A stretch of 61,864 nt of DNA, the filler included, from Circinaria calcarea (taxonomy: Eukaryota), in NCBI GenBank assembly GCA_051942165.1. It is 8 parts of 8 records of this genome, joined end to end, with 100 filler letters (N's around TTAATTAATTAA, not from the genome) between each part and the next. Parts side by side here need not be neighbours in the genome. Positions count along the whole stretch, not along the records: positions 54,236 to 61,864 come from JAVECS010001280.1; 7 more parts are not named here. One strand, written 5' to 3'. This document shows positions 61,132 to 61,864 of the stretch, in pieces. The notes under the pieces were generated by a model. It made no database searches. It was not told where the DNA came from and worked only from the letters and a program-made list of their open reading frames with translations. Numbering within the stretch: position 1 is the stretch's first letter; each line of letters opens with the position of its first letter. A program made the position numbers and the translations under genes.

Positions 61132-61864
61132 TCATATCCTGACGCTTAGATCCGTAAAGTCCTTCGTCAAGAAATCCGACTCCATCGACATAATTCCCAT
61201 GGCAAAGTCTTCTCTGGTTTTGGGTTTGACAACGACCAATCTCTTCTCGCTATGCTTGTCACCCATATAAGGAGTTGTGTCTTCGTCACTCTCATCCTTC
61301 AAGGTCACATCATAAGTCTGTCTGTAGGGTGGGCCCCGACCGGCTTCTGCCATTTTCGTCCAAGACACTTCCAGGCCAGCCCCAATCATCGAACTGGTTG
61401 TCCAACCGGTGAGTTCGTTGATATTGCGCAGAATATCTATAACGTATTTTCTCTGATGAGGATCCTGATACTGGATTCCCGCAAAGAAAATGCCAATGGT
61501 CGACTCCAGTAGCGCAGCTCCAAGAGAAGGATTCAGCGGTTGGTTCGACCTAGCAGGTTGTAAGCCGGCACAGATACGACCAAGTCTCTTGGCCCAATGT
61601 GCTGTTTGCGGTGCGGCCACTCCGGCTGCAACCATAGCGGCAGGGGGCATTGAAGGATGTGTGCGAGCAAGAACAATCGCCCCCGTGAGCCACATGATCC
61701 AGATACAAGAAATACTCCACGTGCGGTATTCAATTGAATCACCGAATGGTGTCGACAAAGGTGGAGCGAGATCAGCAGTTAGTGGTTGAAACTCATCGCC
61801 TAGGCTATTCTGAAAGGCTTCAAGAGACTGTCTTATGTCTTGCCATTCCTGTTCGGCTTCGAGC
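61132..61864 (-). CDS. C-terminal part of a fungal-specific transcription-factor-type protein (probably Zn2Cys6 class); 5' part outside the window
   Basis: HPSMPPAAMVAAGVAA, FFAGIQYQD, TGW..GLEVSW and GRGPPY. The DNA-binding domain is not visible. Confidence 0.65.
   Translation of the reverse strand, partial: LEAEQEWQDIRQSLEAFQNSLGDEFQPLTADLAPPLSTPFGDSIEYRTWSISCIWIMWLTGAIVLARTHPSMPPAAMVAAGVAAPQTAHWAKRLGRICAGLQPARSNQPLNPSLGAALLESTIGIFFAGIQYQDPHQRKYVIDILRNINELTGWTTSSMIGAGLEVSWTKMAEAGRGPPYRQTYDVTLKDESDEDTTPYMGDKHSEKRLVVVKPKTREDFAMGIMSMESDFLTKDFTDLSVRI

Overview
Eukaryotic DNA from a filamentous ascomycete (Pezizomycotina-type genes with short GT-AG introns and CTAAC/CTAAT branch sites). The window is not one locus. 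It is eight unrelated contigs in descending length order (7666, 7658, 7650, 7648, 7643, 7635, 7635, 7629 bp) joined by 100-bp artificial spacers (N44-TTAATTAATTAA-N44). Ordinary genes include an FAD oxidoreductase, an SDR, VTS1, TFIIIC subunit TFC4, an amidase, a T5orf172/MUG113-type protein, a DUF89 phosphatase, a VNX1/CAX exchanger, RPT6, an EMC10-like gene, PNS1 and a transcription-factor fragment. The standout is a tRNA-Ala(AGC) gene at 45294-45542 (minus strand) interrupted by three spliceosomal-type GT-AG introns plus one canonical 37/38 tRNA intron. Removing all four gives a normal 72-nt cloverleaf with intact A box, B box and Pol III terminator. Also notable: a decaying TRI4-like/TRI13-like P450 pair with an intact SDR, bracketed by LTR-like repeats, and an orphan three-exon gene whose C-terminus resembles a serine-recombinase catalytic domain. 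All calls were made by eye; no searches were run.
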